Origin: Candidatus Heimdallarchaeota archaeon
GTDB lineage: Archaea > Asgardarchaeota > Heimdallarchaeia > Heimdallarchaeales > Kariarchaeaceae
Length of the DNA stretch: 64,000 nucleotides
Reading direction: 5' to 3'
Assembly (NCBI GenBank): GCA_015523565.1
Contig: WAKA01000095.1
Location: 18,383 to 82,382 of the forward strand
A model generated the notes under the pieces. It saw nothing but the letters and a program-made list of their open reading frames with translations, did no database searches and was not told the origin of the DNA. Positions 25,176-35,071 of the stretch are shown in pieces; the first letter of the stretch is position 1; each line of letters opens with the position of its first letter. Made by a program: the position numbers and the translations under genes.

Positions 25176-26381
25176 ATGCTTGTGGGAAATTCAGAGCATA
25201 ACGTATGCTGGAACTGTGGGCATCACAACAAAAAATCCGACGTGATCTGTGAAAATTGTGGCATGGGTCTTCAAATTGACGATGAAATGATGGAAAATGA
25301 AGACATTTCTTCCTCTGAAATTATTTCTGAAATAGAAACGCCGCAGGAAATAGCCGAAGGAAATGTATGTTGGAATTGTGGGCACCATAATTTGGAGGGG
25401 GAGATAGTTTGTGAAAATTGTGGCATGGGACTTCAGATTGATGAAGACATGACTGAGGTTGAGAGTTCAGAAACGACATCTGTTGAAAGTCAAGAGGAAG
25501 AGACATTTGCAACATTGGATGAACTTGATTCTTTATTGGATGATACTGAAGATGTCAGTTTAGGCACATTGGGTGATGAATTGGATGCTCTTTTGGAAGA
25601 AGATGATGAGGAACTTGATATAGATAGCATATTGAAAGAGTCATCGGTTCCAGAAATTCCCCAAATTGTTGAAACCAAGGAATTAACTGATGAAAAGGCA
25701 ACAACTTCTCCTGCTGTTCCTGCAATCACTGATGTCTCTCCTTCTGAAGATGTTTTTGTGGCTGAACCCGAAAATTTGCAAATGCCTGCAATCCCTACCT
25801 TTGACGATTTTGCAATTGAAAAAGAGGAAGAGATTGAACAAGAGCTTTCCCCTGTATATGTTTCGAAAGCATCCACCTCCACAAGAAAGTTTCTATCTCT
25901 CATGGGTCAATATTTCTATTGGTTTTTTGTTTATCTTCTTATTGGCATACTTTCAATCGATTTGCAGGATCCCAACGTCTTGGTTCAAGACATCCCAAAA
26001 GCAATTAACGAAAATTTCTTCGTTATTCGCCTAAGTAAACATCTCTTTTTGGGTGTCTTTGTGTTTCTTCCGATGGGATGGTTTTTCTCATACAAGCTAA
26101 AACAGTGGAATGTCACCCGTAAAGCGGTCTATGGATTTTTATTCATCATTGGGCAATTTTTTGTTTTCTCGATATTGACATTAGGCTTATTGTTGTTAAA
26201 TCCTGGTGTTGTTTTTTCCCTTTATTTAATAATGGGTTGGGCTGATTTTTGGATTTCTTTCCTTTTGGGCGGTGTCCTAATGTTTTTTGCAGGTTATAAT
26301 GTCTTGTTTGATCCAATCTATAAAATTTCACCAATGCACGAATTGGAGGAACTTGAAAGCCTAAAGCAGTCAATCCAATAA
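25176..26381 (+). CDS. Membrane protein with two duplicated N-terminal zinc ribbons, an acidic linker and a C-terminal multi-TM domain
   Basis: There are two copies of NVCWNCGHHN..(I/V)CENCGMGLQID(D/E). The nucleotide repeat is about 25200-25290 versus 25362-25450. A D/E-rich low-complexity region follows, then at least four hydrophobic helices. Confidence 0.6.
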   Translation: MLVGNSEHNVCWNCGHHNKKSDVICENCGMGLQIDDEMMENEDISSSEIISEIETPQEIAEGNVCWNCGHHNLEGEIVCENCGMGLQIDEDMTEVESSETTSVESQEEETFATLDELDSLLDDTEDVSLGTLGDELDALLEEDDEELDIDSILKESSVPEIPQIVETKELTDEKATTSPAVPAITDVSPSEDVFVAEPENLQMPAIPTFDDFAIEKEEEIEQELSPVYVSKASTSTRKFLSLMGQYFYWFFVYLLIGILSIDLQDPNVLVQDIPKAINENFFVIRLSKHLFLGVFVFLPMGWFFSYKLKQWNVTRKAVYGFLFIIGQFFVFSILTLGLLLLNPGVVFSLYLIMGWADFWISFLLGGVLMFFAGYNVLFDPIYKISPMHELEELESLKQSIQ

Positions 26382-26744
26382 TTCTGCCAATTGTTTGCTT
26401 AGTTGTCTAATGTTCATTTCTCTTAGTCCTGGTGTTTCTGACTTATCGGTAATAACCACAATATGGTATTTGTCATTAATCTGTCTAACATAAATAAAAT
26501 GATTTTCTTCTTCAATTGTTGTTGAGATAAGTCGGAAATTCTTGCCCAACAACTCTTCTAAAGTTTTCATGGATAGGTCGATTATTTTTGCGGATGTTCC
26601 TTGAATGCTACTTCTATCAAATTTTTGCGAGGCTTCGGCCATGACGAGGGCTTGGTTAGTATCTATTATGCTTGATCCCAATATTCCTTCTGTTTTTGTT
26701 TCAAAGTTTTTTAAAATGTTTTCAAGTTTACTTCCAAACGACAT
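26370..26744 (-). CDS. Roadblock/LC7 (MglB-like) domain protein
   Basis: It is 124 aa and matches the Robl/LC7 pattern: EGILGSSIIDTNQALVMAEAS, then a helix, then LISTTIEEENHFIYVRQINDKYHIVVITDK. Confidence 0.6.
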   Translation of the reverse strand: MSFGSKLENILKNFETKTEGILGSSIIDTNQALVMAEASQKFDRSSIQGTSAKIIDLSMKTLEELLGKNFRLISTTIEEENHFIYVRQINDKYHIVVITDKSETPGLREMNIRQLSKQLAELLD

Positions 26745-26889
26745 GTTTCATTTCTTTTATTCAAAAGAAAAATTTAAACCATTTGCTCCTTTTTTATAAA
26801 TACGATTCAAAATAGCTGTGAATATAGCCTAATCAATAAAATTGCAGAAAAAAAATGAAGCAAGTGGGTATAATTAATTAATATGAAAA

Positions 26890-28299
26890 TTGCAGTTGAA
26901 TACAATGACTTATTTGGAATCTGCAATTACTGACTTTACAAAATCTGTGCTTACGGACGGGTTGCGGACTCTTTTCACTAAACAATACCTCCCATACACC
27001 TTGGCAGCAGTCTCTTTAATCGTTTTTAATTCTGTTGTGTCACTGTCTGGGAATGTTTTTGGTTATCAATTGAATAAAGAGACTGTCGATCTCCTGTTGG
27101 CGGTTGAGGTATCTTTAGGTCTCGCTTTTGTTCTGACAGGTCTAACCATTTCTCGATTTGAAAAATATTGGCTTGATATTCTTTTGATATTTTTGTTTGC
27201 TGGTATCATATTTTATGCCTTCTATACAGGCATTATCTCTTTTGTATATGTGGGTTATGTGGCTGGTGTTCTTTTTATTTTGTGGATGGTTGTCGCAACC
27301 ATTTCACAATACACATTCTTCAGGGATCTTTTTGGTCATTATGTTTTTGGCGGTATTCTGTTCTTTGGAAAACCTGAAGATGATGGAAAGGTACTGTTTG
27401 ACGGGACGATTGGTTTTATAACATTAGTAAATATTGGGTTGGGGTATTTAATTTATCAACATGACAAATCAAATCAGTCATTGCAGTTTTTGGGATTGAT
27501 GATCATTGTTGGTGGTGTGCTTAATTTTCTTCCACTATTGCATTTGCAAAACAAAGGTGATGTCTTTTTCACTGCTTTGACTTGGTTTTATGCCTTAAAT
27601 ACAATTCGGACTGTCAGTATTGTCTTACAATTGTTTGTTTTTTCAGGTGGTGGGAATAATTCTTCAATTGTGGAAACCTTTTTTGCATTGTTTATGGTTC
27701 TGTTTGCTGTTCATAAGGCCGCCCAACAGAGTGTGAAAATTGGCAGGAAAGTTTCAAAGCTTGAAAACATTGATGAAGAGGAAGTTACAATGAAGACTCG
27801 ACCTGATTTGGGGATTTTTAGACTTGTGGGAAAGCTTTTTGGGGATCAAGGCATTGTATTGCTTATTTTGGGGTTTGTTGTAGGTTATCACGCTACCCAA
27901 ATCCAGATAAGATTGGGTTCTGAAAACCTATTGAACATAATTCCGTTCAGCGAAGGAATCAGTCCCCGTATTTGGAGCAATGAAATTGCTTTATTGACTG
28001 CTTTGGTTATTTACCTTGTAACTCTTCTCATGTATTTTGCATTTCCAAAATTCAGGGCATTTGCATCTCCTGAGATTTATCGGGCACCATGGGCACCACC
28101 ATATGAGGAGGCCAAACTTTTGATAACGGCAATCAAGGAAGGTCGTATTGATTATAAGACTGATCTGCTGAAAATGACAGCAAGCCTTGCAAAGGATCAA
28201 CTCAGCAAAAAGCTGTTGGGGAAAAAAGTAAGTCATGAAAAAACGATTGCAGGCACTTTGAGAAGACTCATCAACAAGAGCAAGGAAAAAAATGAATGA
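26890..28299 (+). CDS. Hypothetical polytopic membrane protein (469 aa)
   Basis: It has about 10 hydrophobic segments and a basic C-terminal tail. I recognise no family. An alternative start is the ATG at 26905. Confidence 0.5.
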   Translation: MQLNTMTYLESAITDFTKSVLTDGLRTLFTKQYLPYTLAAVSLIVFNSVVSLSGNVFGYQLNKETVDLLLAVEVSLGLAFVLTGLTISRFEKYWLDILLIFLFAGIIFYAFYTGIISFVYVGYVAGVLFILWMVVATISQYTFFRDLFGHYVFGGILFFGKPEDDGKVLFDGTIGFITLVNIGLGYLIYQHDKSNQSLQFLGLMIIVGGVLNFLPLLHLQNKGDVFFTALTWFYALNTIRTVSIVLQLFVFSGGGNNSSIVETFFALFMVLFAVHKAAQQSVKIGRKVSKLENIDEEEVTMKTRPDLGIFRLVGKLFGDQGIVLLILGFVVGYHATQIQIRLGSENLLNIIPFSEGISPRIWSNEIALLTALVIYLVTLLMYFAFPKFRAFASPEIYRAPWAPPYEEAKLLITAIKEGRIDYKTDLLKMTASLAKDQLSKKLLGKKVSHEKTIAGTLRRLINKSKEKNE

Positions 28300-28378
28300 T
28301 GCATCCAAAAAATTGCCCTTTTTAAATGTTTCTTGGACAATTATATATACCCCAAAAACATAAATGAATTGATAACCC

Positions 28379-29206
28379 ATGCTGGAATTCAAGGTATTTA
28401 TTGACAAAAAGAAAAACCGATCTGATCCATTTGAGCTATTGCTAAAGCAGGTCAGTGAAGCACTGAACTCAGACCAATTTACTTATGAGATTTTTGATAT
28501 TAATAATAAGCAGGCAAGGGATATTGCTGTTCAAATTGGATTGGATGAAGTTCCCGCTGTTCTTTTCAATAAAATAAAAATTAGTGGTCAATTGAATGAA
28601 TATTTTCTCCAAGCCATCGTTGGTCAAATTATAGGTGCAGGAAATGACCAAAAGCTAACAAAATTTGTATTGGATGGGGATGATGCAACTACTAAAATTT
28701 ATGCTGCATCTGAATTCATATTTCACAAGGCATTGATGAGGGATGATACACAAAGTTTCCTCTTCTTGATCAGGGAAACCCCTGACAAGTTTAACATTCC
28801 TGAATTGCAAAAGGCAATTGATAAGGGAACAACAGTGTTTCTGCTTACAAATTTCAAAAAGGGGAAGAATGGGGCAGTCATTGCTGAGCTTGGATCAAAT
28901 GACAATGTCTTGGTAGGTCATATCCTTAGGGATAATATGCATATGACCATGTCAATAACCATACGCAAGAATCGACCATTCTTTGGTTCATATATCAGGG
29001 CCAAACATGTTGATGACAAATGGAAAGGTCAATGGTCTCCCTTATTGCACGATACTGTTGGTGAATTGAAAAAGTTCTATTTGCCTCTGTTTTCCACTGC
29101 ATCTCCTGTTCAGCTTGATGGTACCCTTCCAGAGCCACCAGAAACAAATAGGGTTGTCGCAAAAGTCAAGGATAATATCGAAAAAATCAAAACTCTGTTC
29201 TTCTAA
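28379..29206 (+). CDS. Hypothetical protein; the N-terminal region resembles a cysteine-less thioredoxin/glutaredoxin-like fold
   Basis: The N-terminus (MLEFKVFIDKK...YEIFDINNKQARDIAVQIGLDEVPAVLFNKIKISG) resembles glutaredoxin-like beta-alpha-beta proteins but has no CxxC. The rest is unassigned. Confidence 0.4.
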   Translation: MLEFKVFIDKKKNRSDPFELLLKQVSEALNSDQFTYEIFDINNKQARDIAVQIGLDEVPAVLFNKIKISGQLNEYFLQAIVGQIIGAGNDQKLTKFVLDGDDATTKIYAASEFIFHKALMRDDTQSFLFLIRETPDKFNIPELQKAIDKGTTVFLLTNFKKGKNGAVIAELGSNDNVLVGHILRDNMHMTMSITIRKNRPFFGSYIRAKHVDDKWKGQWSPLLHDTVGELKKFYLPLFSTASPVQLDGTLPEPPETNRVVAKVKDNIEKIKTLFF

Positions 29207-30177
29207 TATTTTTTCACTCTCTTTAATAATGCCCTCAGATCAAACAAATCTGGATATCCATCAAAATCCACAATTTCTGCAAGCTTGACAATTTCATTTA
29301 GATAATCATATAATTCTGATTCTGGGTCTTGTTCTTTCAAAACCTTTTCCAGATAGTAGGGCTTGAAACCAATTATCCATCTCATTGGTTTTCCTGCAAA
29401 AGTGCCATAGGGAAACGTTCTAGAAAGTAATGCATCCAATTTTTGGAATGTATTTTTCAGATCAAATTGATCATCATCCATTTTCAGATCATCATGTTCT
29501 ATTATAACGCTTGATTTTTCCATCATGCTTGTTTCTTCCATTGATCCCTCATTTTTTGTCTCCCTTTCTTTCTTCAAATGGCATGGCACAATTGAAATAA
29601 AATTGTATCGATTTTTAATTGCGTCTCCCAAATAAATTTCAAGCAGGGATGACTTATTGAGAAACAATTCGTCCCGTTCTGATTGGCGAAGTTTTCTGTT
29701 CTTGTCCAAATGAACCCATAAAACCCCTTTCTCTCCATTGATTTCCGCATTGGTAATTATCAAATCAAATTTTAAGACTGATGGCTTTGGCTCATAATTG
29801 ATTTCAATAACACTGTCAGTTAAACTTATCTCAAATTCATGGCTTGTTTTACATTCCATGCATTTTCCAACCAATGTAAACAGAGTTCCTGCAAATTTCA
29901 ATTCCGAAAAATAATTTTCCAATACTTCCCTGCTAAGATAGAATCCATTTTTCTCCCGAACTAATTTTCGTTTTTGTGTTTCAGGATCTCTGGTCTTGAC
30001 AAAAAAGGAAGCAACATTTTCTCGTCTGAACCGATATTCTCGAGTGACCGAAGAGAGAAATGTCATCATGTCTCCAAAATCCTTCAGCCCTCGCATGGTT
30101 GATGTAAATGCATTAATGAGTTTTTTATCTTGTTCAACTTCCTTGACCCAGTCTTCAATCCTGTTTTGATGGCTCAA
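29203..30177 (-). CDS. Hypothetical protein (324 aa)
   Basis: It is a long ORF convergent with the previous gene, overlapping it by 4 nt. I recognise no motif. Confidence 0.4.
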   Translation of the reverse strand: MSHQNRIEDWVKEVEQDKKLINAFTSTMRGLKDFGDMMTFLSSVTREYRFRRENVASFFVKTRDPETQKRKLVREKNGFYLSREVLENYFSELKFAGTLFTLVGKCMECKTSHEFEISLTDSVIEINYEPKPSVLKFDLIITNAEINGEKGVLWVHLDKNRKLRQSERDELFLNKSSLLEIYLGDAIKNRYNFISIVPCHLKKERETKNEGSMEETSMMEKSSVIIEHDDLKMDDDQFDLKNTFQKLDALLSRTFPYGTFAGKPMRWIIGFKPYYLEKVLKEQDPESELYDYLNEIVKLAEIVDFDGYPDLFDLRALLKRVKKY

Positions 30178-30261
30178 ATTCTTTTCGTGGCAAAATCTAA
30201 TTTAAAAAATAAAAGCGTTTGGAATCTAAAAAGAATAAATAGGATGATCTAAAGATTAAAA

Positions 30262-31527
30262 TTGCTTCATTCTGCTTTGCGTATGATGGTTGCTTCAGTT
30301 GTGAACAATTCTATTTCATCAAAGACATCTTCCATAAAAATCTCATTGATTGGGTTGATGCAGCTTTCTGTTGGAATGGTTACGATTGTTGTTGGAAGTT
30401 TCATTAATTCAGAGATGGCTCTCATTGGATGGAAATCAAGTCAAATTTCAATTTTTCTGGGAATTGGGATCTATTTTGAGGTTGTACGAATTTTTGTCGG
30501 AAGGTTGAGTGATTATTATAATGCTGTTAAACCTTTCTTGATTTTTTCGTTTCTTCTTTCAATTGTCGGTTTTCTATCGGTTCCGTATACCATTTCACCA
30601 ATAGGCAACCCCCTGATTATTGTGTCAATTATTTTATTTTCAATTGGAACTGCAATCATGAGTACATTGATCGATTCTCATGTTACTGCGATCTCCCATC
30701 CTTCAGAAAGAAATCGGATCGCTGGTCTCATTCAAGGTTTTAGGTTAAGTGGCTTTGCAGTGGGAGGAATTTTGGGCTACGTTTTCTATAAATCTCTTGA
30801 ATTCTCCCAATTCATTCAGACAATGGCCCTATTTTATTCAATTTTGACTATTGTTTCCTTATTGAATATTTCTGACAGGGATCGAATTATTCAAGGAAAA
30901 ACGGATGCGCATATTTTTCAAATAAATTGGGACTTCCTGTTTTCTGAAAAGACAATTATGATGATCTTATTCCTTGTAATTTATCCGATTTCACTATTTA
31001 TGCAGGACAATATTTTGGAACCTTTTGCAATTGATGAGTTGGGATTCAATAAGGACGGTATTGGAAGGCTTTCCACAATTTGGGGTGTTGTTACTCTGCT
31101 GTTTGTTCCTATGGGTGTGAAAATATCGAATGCGATTGGTCGTTTCAAAACTTTGGCAATTGGTCAAATTCTTTCTTCATTCGGATTGGGTCTCTTAATT
31201 TACAGCGGTCTTGTAGAAAATCCACAATGGGTATATGCAGGTCTCACTCTCTTTGGTATTGGTGCGGGCATTTATAGCGTACCTGGAATATCAAGCATGT
31301 TTGATTTGGCTTCAGAGGATCCTGCATTTTTGGCAACCAATTTGGCAATTTTTGGAATTCTTGTTACGATTGCAAGGGGGAGTGCTTCACTTATTGCTGG
31401 TTTTATTCTCAGTTTTTCAAATGAAAACTATTACTTGGTCTTTCTAACGGAAATAATCTTTTGCTTGGTTTCAATTTTTCCGTTTTATAAAGTTGAAAAT
31501 GCTCTGGAGGTAATGAAATCTAAATGA
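30262..31527 (+). CDS. MFS-type transporter
   Basis: It has about 12 hydrophobic helices and an MFS motif-A-like loop (VGRLSDYYN) after TM2. The start is TTG, and the stop overlaps the next start (ATGA). Confidence 0.6.
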   Translation: MLHSALRMMVASVVNNSISSKTSSIKISLIGLMQLSVGMVTIVVGSFINSEMALIGWKSSQISIFLGIGIYFEVVRIFVGRLSDYYNAVKPFLIFSFLLSIVGFLSVPYTISPIGNPLIIVSIILFSIGTAIMSTLIDSHVTAISHPSERNRIAGLIQGFRLSGFAVGGILGYVFYKSLEFSQFIQTMALFYSILTIVSLLNISDRDRIIQGKTDAHIFQINWDFLFSEKTIMMILFLVIYPISLFMQDNILEPFAIDELGFNKDGIGRLSTIWGVVTLLFVPMGVKISNAIGRFKTLAIGQILSSFGLGLLIYSGLVENPQWVYAGLTLFGIGAGIYSVPGISSMFDLASEDPAFLATNLAIFGILVTIARGSASLIAGFILSFSNENYYLVFLTEIIFCLVSIFPFYKVENALEVMKSK

Positions 31528-31931
31528 AATGCATCCCTGTAGTTGCTGGCATTATATGGCATGAAGACAAGGTTCTTGTTGCTCAACGATTAAAAAAGGA
31601 CAAGGCATTTCCTGGAATGTGGGAATTTCCCGGTGGAAAGATAGAGCTTGGTGAAAGCCCGGAAGATGCATTAAAAAGAGAGATCCAAGAGGAATTGGCT
31701 TTGGATATTTCAGATTTGAAACTGTATGATGTTAAAACCCATACAATGTTATACAGAGGTGAAGATATTCAGCTTATTCTTATTTATTATCTTGCAAAAG
31801 CAAAAGATACCAACGTCATTGAGCTGGAAGTTGAAGATGCAAAATGGGTTTCCAAAGGTGAATTATTGGCTTTTGATTTGACTCCAATGGATGCAACTGT
31901 TGCCTATCAACTGAATAACCTTGATTATTGA
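31524..31931 (+). CDS. Nudix hydrolase (MutT-like)
   Basis: It has the complete Nudix box GGKIELGESPEDALKREIQEELAL (GX5EX7REUXEEXGU). Confidence 0.9.
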   Translation: MKCIPVVAGIIWHEDKVLVAQRLKKDKAFPGMWEFPGGKIELGESPEDALKREIQEELALDISDLKLYDVKTHTMLYRGEDIQLILIYYLAKAKDTNVIELEVEDAKWVSKGELLAFDLTPMDATVAYQLNNLDY

Positions 31932-32030
31932 TGTTTACATTGTTACAAATTATTCAAACTCTGTAATATTTTCCTCATTTTTTCATTTCGTGACAAATGG
32001 ACATATAAATTCAGTAGTTTCAAGCAACTT

Positions 32031-33572
32031 ATGGGTTCTGATGTTTTTGAAAAATATCCATTTCTTAAAGAACTTGGCATCAAGGAAGTCAACTCTGGTT
32101 CATGCTATGGAGAAGACGGCTGGATGCCTATTGAAGGAAGGGAAATAATTGAATCTGTAACTCCAATAGATGGAACTGTTATTGCGAAAGTTGCTTTGGC
32201 AAATGATGAAGATTACGAGACAATTGTAACCAAGGCACAAGAGGCATTTGAAAAATGGAGAATGACTCCTGCACCAAAACGAGGTTTGGTTGTCAGGGAT
32301 TTTGCCAATGAACTGAGAAAATACAAGGATGCATTGGGACAACTCATCACATTGGAAATGGGCAAAATCGTAGTTGAAGGAAAAGGAGAGGTTCAAGAGG
32401 CCATTGATATTGCTGATTTTGCGGTTGGGCTCTCTCGTCAACTTTATGGGTTTACCATGAAATCAGAGAGACCAAGGCACAAAATGTACGAACAATGGCA
32501 CCCATTGGGTGTAATCGGTATTATCACTGCCTTTAATTTCCCTGTTGCCGTTTGGTCTTGGAATGCCATGATTGCCGCGGTTTGCGGTGATCCAATGATT
32601 TGGAAACCTTCTTCACAAACACCTTTATGTGCAATTGCAGTCCAAAACATTGCAAATAAAGTGATGAAGAGACACGGGCTGGAAGGAATATTCAACATCT
32701 GCATTGGTAGGGGATCTGTAGTTGGTGAAAAATTGACAAATGACAGGCGTATCCCATTAATCTCCGCCACTGGTTCCACAAGGATGGGGATTAAGGTTGC
32801 TGAGGCTGTGGCCAGAAGGTTAGGTCGAACCATTCTTGAATTGGGTGGAAACAATGCCATAATAGTGATGGAAGATGCTGATTTGGATCTTGCGGTTCGT
32901 GCCATTCTCTTTGGTGCTGTTGGTACAGCAGGTCAAAGATGTACTACTACTCGACGAATTATTGCACATGAGAGTATTGTGGATGAACTTCAAGAAAGGC
33001 TGGTCAATGCTTACAAACAAGTGAGAATCGGGAATCCATTGGAAGAGGGCATCTTGATGGGTCCAGTTGTCAGTGAAACTGCAATCAACGATATGATGGC
33101 GGCAATTGATAGCTTGCCTATGCAGGGTGGAAAATTAATTTATGGTGGTGAACGCCTTGATAGACCTGGATATTATGTGACTCCTGCAATTGCCCGTGTT
33201 CCAGGCAATGTTCAGATGGTCTGCCGGGAAACTTTTGCTCCATTGCTTTATATTATGTCATTCAAAGACATTGATGAAGCAATTAAACTCCATAATGAAG
33301 TTCCACAAGGTCTATCATCCGCTATTTTTACTAATTCCATCAAATATTCCGAAAGATTCCTCTCTGCTATTGGAAGTGATTGTGGTATTGCCAATGTTAA
33401 TATAGGGACTTCAGGTGCAGAAATTGGTGGCGCGTTTGGCGGAGAAAAAGAGACGGGTGGTGGGAGAGAAGCTGGATCTGACGCATGGAAAGCCTACATG
33501 AGAAGACAGACTAATACAATAAATTGGGGTGATGAGCTTCCTCTCGCTCAAGGCATAAAATTTGGTGATTAA
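32031..33572 (+). CDS. Aldehyde dehydrogenase, ALDH7/antiquitin-like (aminoadipate-semialdehyde dehydrogenase type)
   Basis: The stretch ELGGNNAIIVMEDADLDLAVRAILFGAVGTAGQRCTTTRR closely matches the ALDH7 family catalytic-Cys region. Also present are FNFPVAVWSWN and the C-terminal EKETGGGREAGSDAWK. Confidence 0.9.
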   Translation: MGSDVFEKYPFLKELGIKEVNSGSCYGEDGWMPIEGREIIESVTPIDGTVIAKVALANDEDYETIVTKAQEAFEKWRMTPAPKRGLVVRDFANELRKYKDALGQLITLEMGKIVVEGKGEVQEAIDIADFAVGLSRQLYGFTMKSERPRHKMYEQWHPLGVIGIITAFNFPVAVWSWNAMIAAVCGDPMIWKPSSQTPLCAIAVQNIANKVMKRHGLEGIFNICIGRGSVVGEKLTNDRRIPLISATGSTRMGIKVAEAVARRLGRTILELGGNNAIIVMEDADLDLAVRAILFGAVGTAGQRCTTTRRIIAHESIVDELQERLVNAYKQVRIGNPLEEGILMGPVVSETAINDMMAAIDSLPMQGGKLIYGGERLDRPGYYVTPAIARVPGNVQMVCRETFAPLLYIMSFKDIDEAIKLHNEVPQGLSSAIFTNSIKYSERFLSAIGSDCGIANVNIGTSGAEIGGAFGGEKETGGGREAGSDAWKAYMRRQTNTINWGDELPLAQGIKFGD

Positions 33573-33632
33573 CCCGTTTTATCACTCGGAAATTAAATTA
33601 AAAGCAAATTAAAATATGCTCTTGATTTTTGA

Positions 33633-33872
33633 TTACTCGTCAGCTGCAATCATTGTCATTGTTTTCCTGATGCCTTCAATATTCCTGATTCTATCGCTTA
33701 CCCCTTCCCTGATGGATTTAAGGTCAGGTGCCTCCACTTTTGCGATAATGTCATAGATGCCGTATACCATATCGACTTCTTTTACTTCAGAAAGTTGTTT
33801 CAATTTTTCAACAACTTCGTCTTCCTTAGAAACATCGGTATTGATTAATATGAATGCGAGTGCTATATCAAT
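33633..33872 (-). CDS. Stand-alone Lrp/AsnC-type RAM (ligand-binding) domain protein, about 78 aa, with a non-canonical start
   Basis: This ORF is not in the ORF track. My hand translation of the minus strand is (I)DIALAFILINTDVSKEDEVVEKLKQLSEVKEVDMVYGIYDIIAKVEAPDLKSIREGVSDRIRNIEGIRKTMTMIAADE*. That matches the stand-alone AsnC C-terminal domain pattern (AFILI...G.E..V...L....V.EV..V.G.YDI..KVE..D...). A GGAGG sits just upstream. The first in-frame ATG, GTG or TTG lies well inside the domain. Confidence 0.5.
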   Translation of the reverse strand: MDIALAFILINTDVSKEDEVVEKLKQLSEVKEVDMVYGIYDIIAKVEAPDLKSIREGVSDRIRNIEGIRKTMTMIAADE

Positions 33873-34006
33873 TCCTCCTTTGACAAATTACCTATCGCAA
33901 CAAAACTATTTGAAGCTTTTTCTGCTAAATAATTTCTAAAACACTTGATTCTAATTTTTTGATTTTTTATTCATTGTATAATGCAATTTAAATTTTCATT
34001 ACTCTA

Positions 34007-35020
34007 ATGCATTTTATGTCATTGGTATTGGCGATATTAAAAGCAGTGTTTTTTTTGATTGTATTGGCTCTCTCATCAGAACTATTGGCAAAAGGCGCTG
34101 AAATTTTGGAAGATCGTTTTGGTGCTGGATTTGTTGGATCTGTTATTTTGGGTTTTATAACTATGTTGCCAGAACTGATTTTTGTGCTAATTGCAGTTAA
34201 GGCAAGTGAAGTCGACGTTGCTCTTGGATCGGCAATCGGGGGCAATATTCTTCTTTTCACTTTTGGTCTTGGTCTTGTGATTCTACTTGCATTTTGGAAA
34301 CATGGACAAGCAATTCAAATTTCACGACTATTACGGGATGACCTTGCCTATTTATTTGTCTCTTCAATCATTATACTCATTTTTGCATTTGATCATAAAT
34401 TTCAATTATTAGATGGATTAATCCTGATTGGAATTTATCTTGTTTTTATCATTCATCAATATTGGGAGACTAAAAAATATCCAATGGGGTATCATCCTGA
34501 TGACAAACAGTATTCCAAAACAATTGAAAATGCAAATATGGATAAAACTGAAAAAAAGAACATGAAGCAGAGTATCTTTTATTTTATTATTGGTGGTGTT
34601 GGTATTCTAGTTGCCGCGGAACCATTTGTTGAAAGTCTTGTCGAAATATCATTTGAAACAGGAATTCCTGCCTTATTTCTTTCATTGATAATTTCTCCAC
34701 TTGCCTCTGAAATGCCTGAAAAAATATCTGCATTGATATTAACAATCAAATCAATGACTGGAGCTGAAATGGCTGTCGCTAATTTTATAGGGTCAAAAAT
34801 TCAGGCAAATTCGCTATTATTTGGAGCAATGATTGTTTATTTTTTCTATTTAAATGATTCTGCATTTCCAGTAGGTGATTCTTTTATTGATATCATGATC
34901 ACAATTCTTGTAACTATTTTGGGGGTTTATGTTTTCCTTGATCTCAAACTAAACAAAAAAGAGGGTATTCTCGTTTTCATACTTTACATTTTATCGCTTA
35001 TTGTTTTATATTTCTTCTAA
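34007..35020 (+). CDS. Ca2+/cation antiporter (CaCA, YrbG/NCX-like)
   Basis: Two alpha-repeat motifs are present: GSAIGGNILLFTFGLG and VANFIGSKIQANSLLFG. They are separated by a hydrophilic loop, and there are about 10 TM helices. Confidence 0.7.
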   Translation: MHFMSLVLAILKAVFFLIVLALSSELLAKGAEILEDRFGAGFVGSVILGFITMLPELIFVLIAVKASEVDVALGSAIGGNILLFTFGLGLVILLAFWKHGQAIQISRLLRDDLAYLFVSSIIILIFAFDHKFQLLDGLILIGIYLVFIIHQYWETKKYPMGYHPDDKQYSKTIENANMDKTEKKNMKQSIFYFIIGGVGILVAAEPFVESLVEISFETGIPALFLSLIISPLASEMPEKISALILTIKSMTGAEMAVANFIGSKIQANSLLFGAMIVYFFYLNDSAFPVGDSFIDIMITILVTILGVYVFLDLKLNKKEGILVFILYILSLIVLYFF

Positions 35021-35071
35021 AATTCAACTTATGATAGAATCTATTTTATCTTAATTCCCTTAACAAATGAT

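Noticed and set aside
33757-33939. A 60-aa plus-strand ORF from the track.
   Set aside because: It has low complexity and no motifs. The opposite strand encodes a convincing RAM-domain protein over the same bases.
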